Shown here piece by piece: positions 1 to 7,677 of a stretch of 19,616 nucleotides of DNA. The stretch covers positions 7,487 to 27,102 of the forward strand of contig CAZEBC010000032.1 of assembly GCA_964510165.1 (NCBI GenBank). The letters are read 5' to 3'. The notes under the pieces are model-generated. The model saw only the letters and a program-made list of their open reading frames with translations, did no database searches and had not been told where the DNA came from. This DNA comes from an uncultured bacterium. GTDB taxonomy: Bacteria; Abyssobacteria; SURF-5. The position numbers and the translations under genes were made by a program. Every line of letters starts with the position of its first letter. The stretch's first letter is position 1.

Positions 1-836
1 CAGCCGCCTTGCGCGGGCGGCGCCCAAGCTCCGAGTTTGCCCTCGCGATACGCCGTTATGTATCGCATGCAGTGTTCGTCCTTTCCGAGCAGCGCCTCGG
101 CTGCGTAAATCGTTGACAGGATGAAGTTCTCGCACGGATCGATAATGACCGTGTCCGCCCCGGCGGCCATCGCCATGGGAAGAAACATCGCATTCAGGAG
201 CATGCGATGAGGCAGGGTGTAGGAGATATTGGCAAGTCCGCACAGGATGTGGACATCGGAAAACCGTTGGCGCAGGCCCAACACGGCGGCGAGCATCTCG
301 ACGCCCGCCCTCCCCGCCGCGCCAACCGGTTGTATCACGGGATCAAGATAAATGTCGTCAATGGCGATTTCCGCTCTTGTCAATTCCTCCACCAACGCCG
401 TGCCGATCTCGATTTTTCTGGTTGCCTCGAGCGGCACGCGGACAGAATCGATTGCAAGCGCGATGACCTTGCACGAGTGCTCCAGGATCAGCGGCACGAT
501 TGCTTTCATTCTCTTCGGCTCGAATGTTATCGAGTTGATGATCGCGCGGCCCTTATGCTCGCGTAGCGCCGCTTCGATCGCGCGCGGGTTCGGGCTGTCC
601 AGGGAAAGAGGAGCATCGACGGCGGCCTGCACCGTCCTCACGAGCCACGAAAGACATTCGGGCTCCTTCTCCAGAAATATGCCCGCATTCACGTCGATAT
701 AATCCACGCCCGCCTCATGCTGTATCCGCGCTTCCTGCTGGATCAGAAGTTCGTCTCTCTCCTCGATCGCGCGCGCAATCCTCTTGCGTGTCGAGTTGAT
801 GCGCTCGCCGATTGTGGTCAGAGCGAATTTCTTCAT
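1..836 (-). CDS. Methyltetrahydrofolate:corrinoid methyltransferase (AcsE/MeTr-like, pterin-binding TIM barrel); stop codon runs off the window edge
   Basis: Not in the ORF track. Manual translation from ATG 836-834 gives 278 open codons: MKKFALTTIGERINSTRKRIARAIEERD...YIDVNAG...PLSLDSPN...IINSIT...IYLDPVIQP...LCGLANISY...LLNAMFLPMAMAAGADTVIIDP...YITAYREGKL. The IGERIN, DVN, LDS, INS, DP and GLxNxS motifs match the AcsE family. The ATG overlaps the upstream TGA (TGATG), and the final partial codon is TG-. Confidence 0.9.
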   Translation of the reverse strand, partial: MKKFALTTIGERINSTRKRIARAIEERDELLIQQEARIQHEAGVDYIDVNAGIFLEKEPECLSWLVRTVQAAVDAPLSLDSPNPRAIEAALREHKGRAIINSITFEPKRMKAIVPLILEHSCKVIALAIDSVRVPLEATRKIEIGTALVEELTRAEIAIDDIYLDPVIQPVGAAGRAGVEMLAAVLGLRQRFSDVHILCGLANISYTLPHRMLLNAMFLPMAMAAGADTVIIDPCENFILSTIYAAEALLGKDEHCMRYITAYREGKLGAWAPPAQGG

Positions 837-2005
837 CAGACTCCTATCGGATACCGCCCGTATTCGCGGGCGGCCGACAGCATCGCCAGAAAATTCCCTG
901 TGGGGACGCCGCTGTGAATCGAATTGCTCGAACTCAGCACATATCCGCCGCCCGGCGCCACGGCACGGATGCAGTTCCTGACAGCCTCGATTATCTCGTT
1001 TCGCGTCCCATACGTCAGCAGGTGTCCGCAGTCGATGTTGCCGAGCAGAGTGAGCCTGCCGCCATACTTTTTCTTTAGTTGGGCGATGTCCATGCCAGCG
1101 CTCGGCTCAATCGCGTGATAGCCGTCAAACCCGCAGCCAAGCAGGAATTCCTCCTCGATGGCATGAATATTCCCGTCGGTGTGCTTGAAATAAGGAAGCG
1201 AATGAGCATGGCACCGCTCGGTTATGCGCCGAAGCTGCGGAAAGATGAATCGGCGAAACATCGCGGGAGATATCAATGTCGTCGTGTGATGAGCAAGGTC
1301 GGTCCCTCCAATGAAGCCGTCCACCCCGGCCTCGGCCTGGGCGTCCACGAGCTCAAGCATCGCATCCGTGGTGACCTCGAAATATTTCTGTATTAGTTCC
1401 GGCTCAAGCGCCATCGCCTCCAGGAACAACGGGAACCAGCTCGAGTCGGTTGGAAACAGGATGTCCGCCTGGCCGAGGATGAAGAACCTGTCGCGGACCG
1501 GCTCGAGCACGGCCCGCAGGCCACCCATCGTGTCAGGCGAGACGATACTCGGCCGTCGCGCGAGGCATTCCACGTATTCCTTCAGCCCCGGCAAGCCCTC
1601 CTGCTTGATCTTCGAATCGATCTCCGAATGATAATCCGAATCGGGCTGATACGCGATGACGCGCCAGATCCCCGTGGAGGGGTCGGTATATCGCCACCGA
1701 TTCTCGCCGAGCGGCTCGACGGTCTCGTTGGTGAGCGGAAGCGGCGGCAGAGGAAAGATGTCGAGTCCGAGTTCCGTATAGAGATCGATTGAGTCCTGGA
1801 AAATCTGCAGAATGAGTTCGAGCGAACGACCTTCGGCCATCCATTCGGAGAACATCTTCCCGCAGAGCCAGCCGCCGAAGCCAACGTACATCTGGCGTCC
1901 CATGATGTCCGAGGCGACCGGCGAATTGATGGTGAGTTCGAATACAGGAACCCTGTCGGGTTCCTGGTGTGCAATAGAAATCTGGACTCGCTCTTTCGGA
2001 ACCAT
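836..2005 (-). CDS. Uroporphyrinogen decarboxylase superfamily protein, MtaA/CmuA-like corrinoid methyltransferase type
   Basis: N-terminal PKERV..I.HQEPDRVP, then ISPAMFRRFIFP, KHTDGN, LLGNIDC and APGGGYVLSSSNSIH. It lacks the RQAGRY motif of true HemE and lies between a corrinoid protein and an AcsE-like gene. Confidence 0.85.
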   Translation of the reverse strand: MVPKERVQISIAHQEPDRVPVFELTINSPVASDIMGRQMYVGFGGWLCGKMFSEWMAEGRSLELILQIFQDSIDLYTELGLDIFPLPPLPLTNETVEPLGENRWRYTDPSTGIWRVIAYQPDSDYHSEIDSKIKQEGLPGLKEYVECLARRPSIVSPDTMGGLRAVLEPVRDRFFILGQADILFPTDSSWFPLFLEAMALEPELIQKYFEVTTDAMLELVDAQAEAGVDGFIGGTDLAHHTTTLISPAMFRRFIFPQLRRITERCHAHSLPYFKHTDGNIHAIEEEFLLGCGFDGYHAIEPSAGMDIAQLKKKYGGRLTLLGNIDCGHLLTYGTRNEIIEAVRNCIRAVAPGGGYVLSSSNSIHSGVPTGNFLAMLSAAREYGRYPIGV

Positions 2006-2042
2006 GTCCGGAAACCAAATGTGTCAGGGTGGGATTCTTGCA

Positions 2043-2064
2043 GGGGCACGGCTCACCGTGCCCC
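2043..2064. repeat. GC-rich palindrome resembling a degenerate GTAG-type REP; possible intra-operon mRNA hairpin
   Basis: GGGGCACGG-CTCA-CCGTGCCCC, a perfect 9-bp stem in the 85-bp gap between two genes. Confidence 0.6.
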
Positions 2065-2090
2065 CCGCTCTATCAGTGGAAATGGAACCG

Positions 2091-2726
2091 TTACAGTCCG
2101 ATAAGCGCTTTGGCCCTGTCAACCGCTGAGGCGGCGTCGGGCGCATAGCCGTCGGCCCCAATCTCGCTCGCATATCGCTGTGTGACCGGGGCGCCGCCGA
2201 TCATGACCTTCACTTTTCCGAGCAAGCCGGCCTTTTGAAGTCCGTCAATGGTGGCCTTCATCGAGGGCATCGTCGTCGTGAGAAGCGCTGACATGCCGAT
2301 AAGCTTGACGTCTTCCTGTTTGGCCGCTTCGACGAATTTCTCCGGCGTAACGTCTATGCCGAGGTCGAGCACCTTGAAGCCGTTGCCGCGAAGCATCATG
2401 CTGACCAGGTTCTTGCCGATATCGTGAAGGTCGCCCCGCACGGTTCCCATGGCGATCGTTGCGACGGGTTTCACCCCGGCCTTCACCAGGAGCGGCTCGA
2501 GCACCTTCATCCCCGTAGTCATCGCCCGGGCTGCTATCAGCACTTCGGGCACATAAATCTCGTTGTTCTTAAAGCGGTGCCCCACTTCCTGCATTCCGGC
2601 GATCAGGCCGCCATCAAGGATTGTCTTCGGGGACATGCCTGCGTCAATGGCCTGCTTGGTCAGTTTTTCAACGGCGGGCGCATCGCCCCTCATCAAGGCG
2701 GCTGCGAGTTCTCTTAAGTCGGCCAT
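2091..2726 (-). CDS. Corrinoid (cobalamin-binding) protein of a methyltransferase system, MtaC/MttC-like
   Basis: Cap domain (GLIAGMQEVG..F...EIYVPEVLIAARAM), B12 motif GDLHDIGKNLV (DxHxxG), SALLTTT, IGGAP and GADGYA. Shine-Dalgarno (SD)-like AAGGAAGG upstream. Confidence 0.95.
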   Translation of the reverse strand: MADLRELAAALMRGDAPAVEKLTKQAIDAGMSPKTILDGGLIAGMQEVGHRFKNNEIYVPEVLIAARAMTTGMKVLEPLLVKAGVKPVATIAMGTVRGDLHDIGKNLVSMMLRGNGFKVLDLGIDVTPEKFVEAAKQEDVKLIGMSALLTTTMPSMKATIDGLQKAGLLGKVKVMIGGAPVTQRYASEIGADGYAPDAASAVDRAKALIGL

Positions 2727-2886
2727 GAAAGTCCTTCCTTTCCGATTTGGCTCACAGTTATGATACCTTCTCCTTCGGGATCAGCTCGCGATGATGGCCG
2801 ATTCACGAGCAAAACAATATCCCCCCATGCAGATGCATACAGGAGACTTTGGACAGAAACGAAAAATCACTCTGTCGCTGGGCCGG

Positions 2887-2916
2887 ACTATATCACAGCG
2901 GGGCGAATGGAGTCAA
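2887..2916 (-). promoter_or_regulatory. Putative sigma70 promoter for the corrinoid operon
   Basis: Minus strand TTGACT (2916-2911), 18-nt spacer, TATAGT (2892-2887), with the extended -10 TGn. Confidence 0.6.
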
Positions 2917-3377
2917 GGAACTTGAGGAAGTTGAATCAATACCTTTCTTTCACCGGATTTCTCGACTTTTGAGGTCACATTCAGATCCAGTTCGGAATCC
3001 CGCAAACCGACTACGAGCCTGCCGGTTCTCTTCCCTTCGCTCATGCCTGTCATTTCCTCAATCTCATCGAAAAGCGCGGACAACACGTCTTTCTCGATAA
3101 CCGGCAGTTCATAAAAGCGGTCGCCCGCGATCTTGACGATCGACTCGTGCCCATGAGTGGCCAGGATGATATCCTTCGCCTTCTCGTTTATCGCATGAAG
3201 AAGCACGAGCGCAAAATACCTCAGCGCCTCATCGGCCGTCTCTTCTCGCATCGCTCCCACGGAACCGGGGTCTGAAAAGCGTTCGAGTTCCTTTTCATAA
3301 TCGGTTTCCAGGAAACAATCCATGAATTCCTGAAGCTTTACATGCGGGCTTCTCAATCGTTCTACTTTTTTATTCAT
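2913..3377 (-). CDS. Hypothetical protein (154 aa) resembling a stand-alone degenerate PilB/GspE N2 domain
   Basis: Start reassigned to ATG 3377, which follows GGGAGG. The segments LLHAINEKAKDI, GRLVVGLRDSELDLNVTS and GERKVLIQL parallel the secretion-ATPase N2 consensus. No Walker motifs. The CDS is well supported; the fold call is an inference. Confidence 0.75.
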   Translation of the reverse strand: MNKKVERLRSPHVKLQEFMDCFLETDYEKELERFSDPGSVGAMREETADEALRYFALVLLHAINEKAKDIILATHGHESIVKIAGDRFYELPVIEKDVLSALFDEIEEMTGMSEGKRTGRLVVGLRDSELDLNVTSKVEKSGERKVLIQLPQVP

Positions 3378-3505
3378 GGCAAACCTCCCATCCAACATCG
3401 TCCTGTGCAATTGGACGGGTTATAATCAACCATCTTCCTCTTACTACGAGTATTATCAGGAACCGGCAAATCCGCTATCCACGGCAAGGCCCCAACGGAA
3501 GCCCG

Positions 3506-3539
3506 CCCTCTCCCACCGGGAGAGGGTTGGGGTGAGGGG
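3506..3539. repeat. REP-like palindrome of the CCCTCTCCC-N3-GGGAGAGGG...GGGTGAGGG family (copy 1)
   Basis: Perfect 9-bp stem at 3506-3526 plus the tail TTGGGGTGAGGGG. The same stem recurs at 15111 and 15147. Confidence 0.8.
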
Positions 3540-3585
3540 AAAGAACAGGATGGGAATTCATCTTTAGCATCACGGTGAGTGAACG

Positions 3586-3614
3586 TTGAAGCACTGTAGC
3601 GCGTATGCTATAAT
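3586..3614 (+). promoter_or_regulatory. Putative sigma70 promoter for glnE
   Basis: TTGAAG (3586-3591), 17-nt spacer, TATAAT (3609-3614) with extended -10 TG. AAGGAG SD at 3641-3646. Confidence 0.7.
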
Positions 3615-3654
3615 ACGATTGGACTAATTCCAAGCATGTCAAGGAGTTGCGCAG

Positions 3655-6600
3655 ATGCCTGGCAGCAAGGAACTTGCCGAGATATTCTTCACCGAGAGGG
3701 CCCCGTTTGAGCGTGTTCGCGATCTGCTTTCGGAAGTTGGCGTTGCGGACGCGGTCAAGGCATCCAAGAATATCCAACTGCTTGCCGGCGGCGGCGAATC
3801 CCGCGAGATTTTTCTGAGAATTCTGCCCGAAGCCCTCGATGAGCTGCTCGAGGTCGCCGATCCCGACATGGCGCTCAACAACTGGGAGCGCCTGGTCGAT
3901 GTGACGCGCGACCGCGAGAAACATTTCGGATACCTGCTCAGAAACCCGCTTGCTCTCCGCACGCTGCTAAGAGTGCTTGGGACGAGTCAGTACCTTGCCG
4001 ACATCCTGATACGGAGGCCCCATCTGTTCGAACACGCCATCGCCAGCGCTCTGTGGCGCGACCCTGTCGATCCCACGTCGCTTCAAGCGGACCTGACCAG
4101 ACGCATGGAGGCGGCCCCCGACCACGATTCGAGAATCGCCGCCCTGCGCGAGTTCAAGCAAGTGCAGATGTTGCGTGTGGGCGCGCGGGACATTTGCGGA
4201 ATGGCCGACGTGGAGCGGACGCTGAAGGAAACCACCATGCTGGCCGATGTCTGTGTCACGGCGGGTTATGAAATGGCTCAAGCAGAAGTCAACAAACGGT
4301 TTGGAACCCCTATGGCCGCGGAAAATGGCGCGCCTTCGCAGGCCACCGGCGTCGTGCTCGCGCTCGGCAAACTCGGGGGCGAGGAACTGAACTACAGTTC
4401 CGACATAGACCTGATGTTCATATATTCCCACGACGGCGAGACCCGGCCTCCTCTTGATCCCGATGGGACAGGTTCCGTCACCAATAACCAGTATTTCGCG
4501 AAGCTGGCCGAGAGGTTAATTGATGTGCTCGCTCGGGTGACAGAGGAGGGGCACTTGTATCGCGTGGACATGCGGTTGCGCCCGATGGGAAGCAAAGGGC
4601 CTCTGGTGGGTTCCCTGGAGAGCCACCTCAATTACTACGAAATCTTCGGGGAAACATGGGAAAGACAGGCTCTTCTGAAGGCTCGCCCGGTGGCGGGTGA
4701 CACATACCTTGGCCTCCGCTTTCTCGGAGAAATCAGGCCGTTCGTGTACCCGAGGTACCTCGATTATCGGGGCATCCGCGAGATTCAAGACCTGAAGGTC
4801 CGCATCGAGCGCGAAGTGGACAAGCGGGGTCACACACTCACGGAAGTCAAACTCGGCCGAGGCGGCATTCGGGATATCGAATTCACGGTGCAATTCCTGC
4901 AGCTTCTCAACGGCGGCAAACATCCCGAACTTCGGGGCACAAATACCCTGGCCACCTTGAAAACGCTCGAGAAAACGGGATACCTTTCTCCTGCCGAATG
5001 CGGCGCTCTCGTGGACGCCTACAAGTTTCTCAGAAAACTGGAGAACCGACTGCAAATCATGCAGAACCGCCAGTTGCATGTGTTGCCGTCACGAGACAGG
5101 GATTTCGAGGTCGTCGCCCGCAGCCTCGGGTACAGGCCGCGCGACGGCCAGGCAGCGGGGGAGTATCTGGCGGCCGAATACAAGCGACACACCGAGAAGG
5201 TTCGGGAACTCTTCAATAAGTTCTTCGGCAAGATGTTCGCCGGCGCCGGGCGGGCTTCTCCAGTGGTTGACTTGATCCTGAATCCCGAGCCCGCACCCGA
5301 AGAGATAGACGAAACGCTTGGCCGCCACGGCTTCAAGAATCCGGCGCGCGCATATGAAAATCTCAAACAGCTTGCTGAGGGAACGACATCGGCCTCCAAC
5401 CCCGCGCGAACGCGAAATTTCTTCTGCAGTATTGCCCCCGTTCTGGTGCAGCATCTGCAGCAGTCGCCCGATCCCGATATGGCTCTCAATAATCTGCAAA
5501 GGTGCATCGCGGCCCTCGGGGCGGAAACGACACTTTACGAGATCCTCGCGGCCAACCCGAAGTCAATCGAACTGTTCGTGGCGCTTTCTTCTTACAGCGA
5601 TCACCTGATCCGCTTGTTTGTCAACGACCCGGGAGTGATTGACTTCCTGATCAGCACGCGGATGTTGGAGGAAGAAAGCTCGCTCGCACACATCGACAAG
5701 GCCCTTGGCAGGTTTATCGAGATAAACCCGAATTTCTATGAGTCGGTCCAGCGCTTCAAGAACGGTGAACTGCTGAGGGTGGGTCTGCGCGATATACTTG
5801 GGCTGGCCGACGTGGCCGAGGTCACGCGCGAGCTCTCGTCGGTGGCTGAAGCCATGCTCTCCTGGGTTTACAGGAATTGCCTGGCCGAGCATACGGCCCG
5901 CTATGGCGAACCCATCGCGAACGACGGTTCGCTCGCCGCGATGTCAATCCTCGGAATGGGCAAGCTCGGGGGCCGGGAGATAAATTACGCCTCCGACCTT
6001 GATGTTGTCTTTGTCTATTCATCGGATGGACAGACCACGGGCGGCGCATCTGAGCCTGTCTCGTGCCAACAGTTCTTCGTCACGCTCGCAGCGCAAGTGA
6101 TGAAGAAACTCGGAGAGGTAAACCCATACGGTTTTCTCTACAAGGTGGACGCGCGTCTGCGTCCGGACGGCGAACAGGGGATGCTGGCGGTCTCGGCGGA
6201 TTCGTTCATTGCATACCATCGCGAGAAAAGCGCGCTCTGGGAGAAGCGCGCCATGACCAGGCTGAGGCCGGTCGCCGGCGACATGGGGCTGGGCGAGCGG
6301 CTCAGGACGTTCCTTCATTCAATCATTTACTCGCCTGATTTCTTCTCGAAGGACGTGGTCCGGGACGCGGTGGAACTTTTGAACAAGATTTTCGAGGCCG
6401 AACACGCCCAGGAACGGGCAGGCGTTCACATAAAACACGCTCAGGGCGGGATCATCGAGATAGAATTCCTTGTGCAACTGCTTCAACTCAAGCACGGACC
6501 GACCTCCGAAACGTTGCGCACCACAAATACTCTGGAAGCCCTCGAGGCGCTCTTTGACGCCGGGCATCTCTCGCGTCAGTGCCGTGACGACCTGACGGCC

Positions 6601-6831
6601 GGTTTGGTCCTGCTTCGCAGGGTCGAGAACCGCCTGCGCCTCATGCACAATCGCTCGCTCGACGAACTGCCGACCGATCCCGAGTCGCTCGATAAGCTTG
6701 CCCTTAGGCTCGGCACGGCGGGAACGGCAGATCGGAGTCCCGGAGAGGTGCTGCTCGACATGATCGAGACCTACATCAGCAGAACGCACAGGGTTTTCGA
6801 GGAACGCGTGAGAGAACTATTGGAGGAATAG
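3655..6831 (+). CDS. glnE: Bifunctional glutamine synthetase adenylyltransferase / adenylyl-removing enzyme
   Basis: Two homologous nucleotidyltransferase halves: GKLGGEELNYSSDIDL...DMRLRPMG...WERQALLKAR...GGIRDIEF and GKLGGREINYASDLDV...DARLRPDG...WEKRAM...GGIIEIEF. 1058 aa, good SD. Confidence 0.96.
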   Translation: MPGSKELAEIFFTERAPFERVRDLLSEVGVADAVKASKNIQLLAGGGESREIFLRILPEALDELLEVADPDMALNNWERLVDVTRDREKHFGYLLRNPLALRTLLRVLGTSQYLADILIRRPHLFEHAIASALWRDPVDPTSLQADLTRRMEAAPDHDSRIAALREFKQVQMLRVGARDICGMADVERTLKETTMLADVCVTAGYEMAQAEVNKRFGTPMAAENGAPSQATGVVLALGKLGGEELNYSSDIDLMFIYSHDGETRPPLDPDGTGSVTNNQYFAKLAERLIDVLARVTEEGHLYRVDMRLRPMGSKGPLVGSLESHLNYYEIFGETWERQALLKARPVAGDTYLGLRFLGEIRPFVYPRYLDYRGIREIQDLKVRIEREVDKRGHTLTEVKLGRGGIRDIEFTVQFLQLLNGGKHPELRGTNTLATLKTLEKTGYLSPAECGALVDAYKFLRKLENRLQIMQNRQLHVLPSRDRDFEVVARSLGYRPRDGQAAGEYLAAEYKRHTEKVRELFNKFFGKMFAGAGRASPVVDLILNPEPAPEEIDETLGRHGFKNPARAYENLKQLAEGTTSASNPARTRNFFCSIAPVLVQHLQQSPDPDMALNNLQRCIAALGAETTLYEILAANPKSIELFVALSSYSDHLIRLFVNDPGVIDFLISTRMLEEESSLAHIDKALGRFIEINPNFYESVQRFKNGELLRVGLRDILGLADVAEVTRELSSVAEAMLSWVYRNCLAEHTARYGEPIANDGSLAAMSILGMGKLGGREINYASDLDVVFVYSSDGQTTGGASEPVSCQQFFVTLAAQVMKKLGEVNPYGFLYKVDARLRPDGEQGMLAVSADSFIAYHREKSALWEKRAMTRLRPVAGDMGLGERLRTFLHSIIYSPDFFSKDVVRDAVELLNKIFEAEHAQERAGVHIKHAQGGIIEIEFLVQLLQLKHGPTSETLRTTNTLEALEALFDAGHLSRQCRDDLTAGLVLLRRVENRLRLMHNRSLDELPTDPESLDKLALRLGTAGTADRSPGEVLLDMIETYISRTHRVFEERVRELLEE

Positions 6832-6839
6832 CCCAAAAC

Positions 6840-6901
6840 GGGACTGCCCCGTAATTCGGTTTTTGGTTGTAGGAGCGGCCCTACAATTGCGGGACAGGCC
6901 C
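6840..6901. repeat. Nested palindromic elements: imperfect 17-bp inverted repeat around a GTAG...CTAC hairpin
   Basis: GGGACTGCCCCGTAATT (6840-6856) and AATTGCGGGACAGGCCC (6885-6901) are 14/17 complementary. Inner hairpin TTGTAGG-AGCGGC-CCTACAA at 6867-6886. Confidence 0.6.
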
Positions 6902-6915
6902 CAAACGGGCCGCAA

Positions 6916-7677
6916 ATGAGACAAAAGAAGATTATTTTCATCTCCGACGCCCACCTGGGCTCGGGCACAAACGAGCAGCGCAAGGAACAGATTCTCCTGG
7001 ACTTTCTGCGAGGGCTCTCGCCGGAACGCGTGTCGGCGCTCTACGTGCTTGGCGACCTGTTCGATTTCTGGTTTGAATACCGCTCGGTCATACCCTCAAA
7101 ACATTTCCGCGTCCTCGGCGCGCTCGCGGATACGATTCGAAGCGGAATCGCCGTGCATCTGGTTGTTGGAAACCACGATTTCTGGGCGGGCGATTTTCTC
7201 GAAAAGACCGTCGGCATCGTCGTGCACAAAGACCCCATCGAGATCGAGCTTGGCGGCAAACGGGTTTATGTCTGCCACGGCGACGGCCTCAACCCCCTCG
7301 ACCGCGGATATCTGCTGCTCAAAACCTTGATCAGGAGCGGACCCGTCGTCTGGCTGACGCGCCTGGTTCACCCCGACCTGCTTGTCTGGCTCGCTCGTCA
7401 GTTCTCGAAGCTGAGCCGGGAAAGCGTGTCGTTAGCCGGTCAATTGCGGGAAGACGACGGAATAGCACAATTCGCCCTGGGAAAACTGCGCGAGGGTTAC
7501 GACGTTGTGATCGCCGCACACTCTCACCAACCACACGAGGACGTCCACTCGGTTAACGGCGCCGCCAGACGCTATTTCAACGTCGGCGACATGCAAGAGC
7601 GGTTCTCATGCCTTGAGTACTTCGACGGCAAGTTTCAACTCAAATATCTTGTGGATTCCGGCCAACAAGGCATTTGA
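6916..7677 (+). CDS. LpxH-like UDP-2,3-diacylglucosamine diphosphatase (calcineurin-like metallophosphoesterase)
   Basis: Motifs SDAHLG, LGDLFDFW, GNHDFW, HGD and AHSH, with a length of 253 aa typical of the family. Confidence 0.82.
   Translation: MRQKKIIFISDAHLGSGTNEQRKEQILLDFLRGLSPERVSALYVLGDLFDFWFEYRSVIPSKHFRVLGALADTIRSGIAVHLVVGNHDFWAGDFLEKTVGIVVHKDPIEIELGGKRVYVCHGDGLNPLDRGYLLLKTLIRSGPVVWLTRLVHPDLLVWLARQFSKLSRESVSLAGQLREDDGIAQFALGKLREGYDVVIAAHSHQPHEDVHSVNGAARRYFNVGDMQERFSCLEYFDGKFQLKYLVDSGQQGI

Noticed and set aside
1..836. Call as folP (dihydropteroate synthase)
   Set aside because: Same fold, but IGERIN and GLxNIS match AcsE/MeTr, and the FolP motifs TPDSFSDG and SRK are absent.
836..2005. 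Call as hemE
   Set aside because: It lacks the RQAGR substrate-binding motif, and the context is methyl transfer rather than heme synthesis.
2727..2850. Cobalamin riboswitch upstream of the corrinoid gene
   Set aside because: Only scattered fragments match. The CAGGAGAC-like piece is on the wrong strand and the core GGGAA...GGTG..AA.TCC is absent.
3655..6831. Internal duplication in the 1058-aa protein (PDMALNN and GKLGG twice)
   Set aside because: This is the normal two-domain architecture of GlnE.
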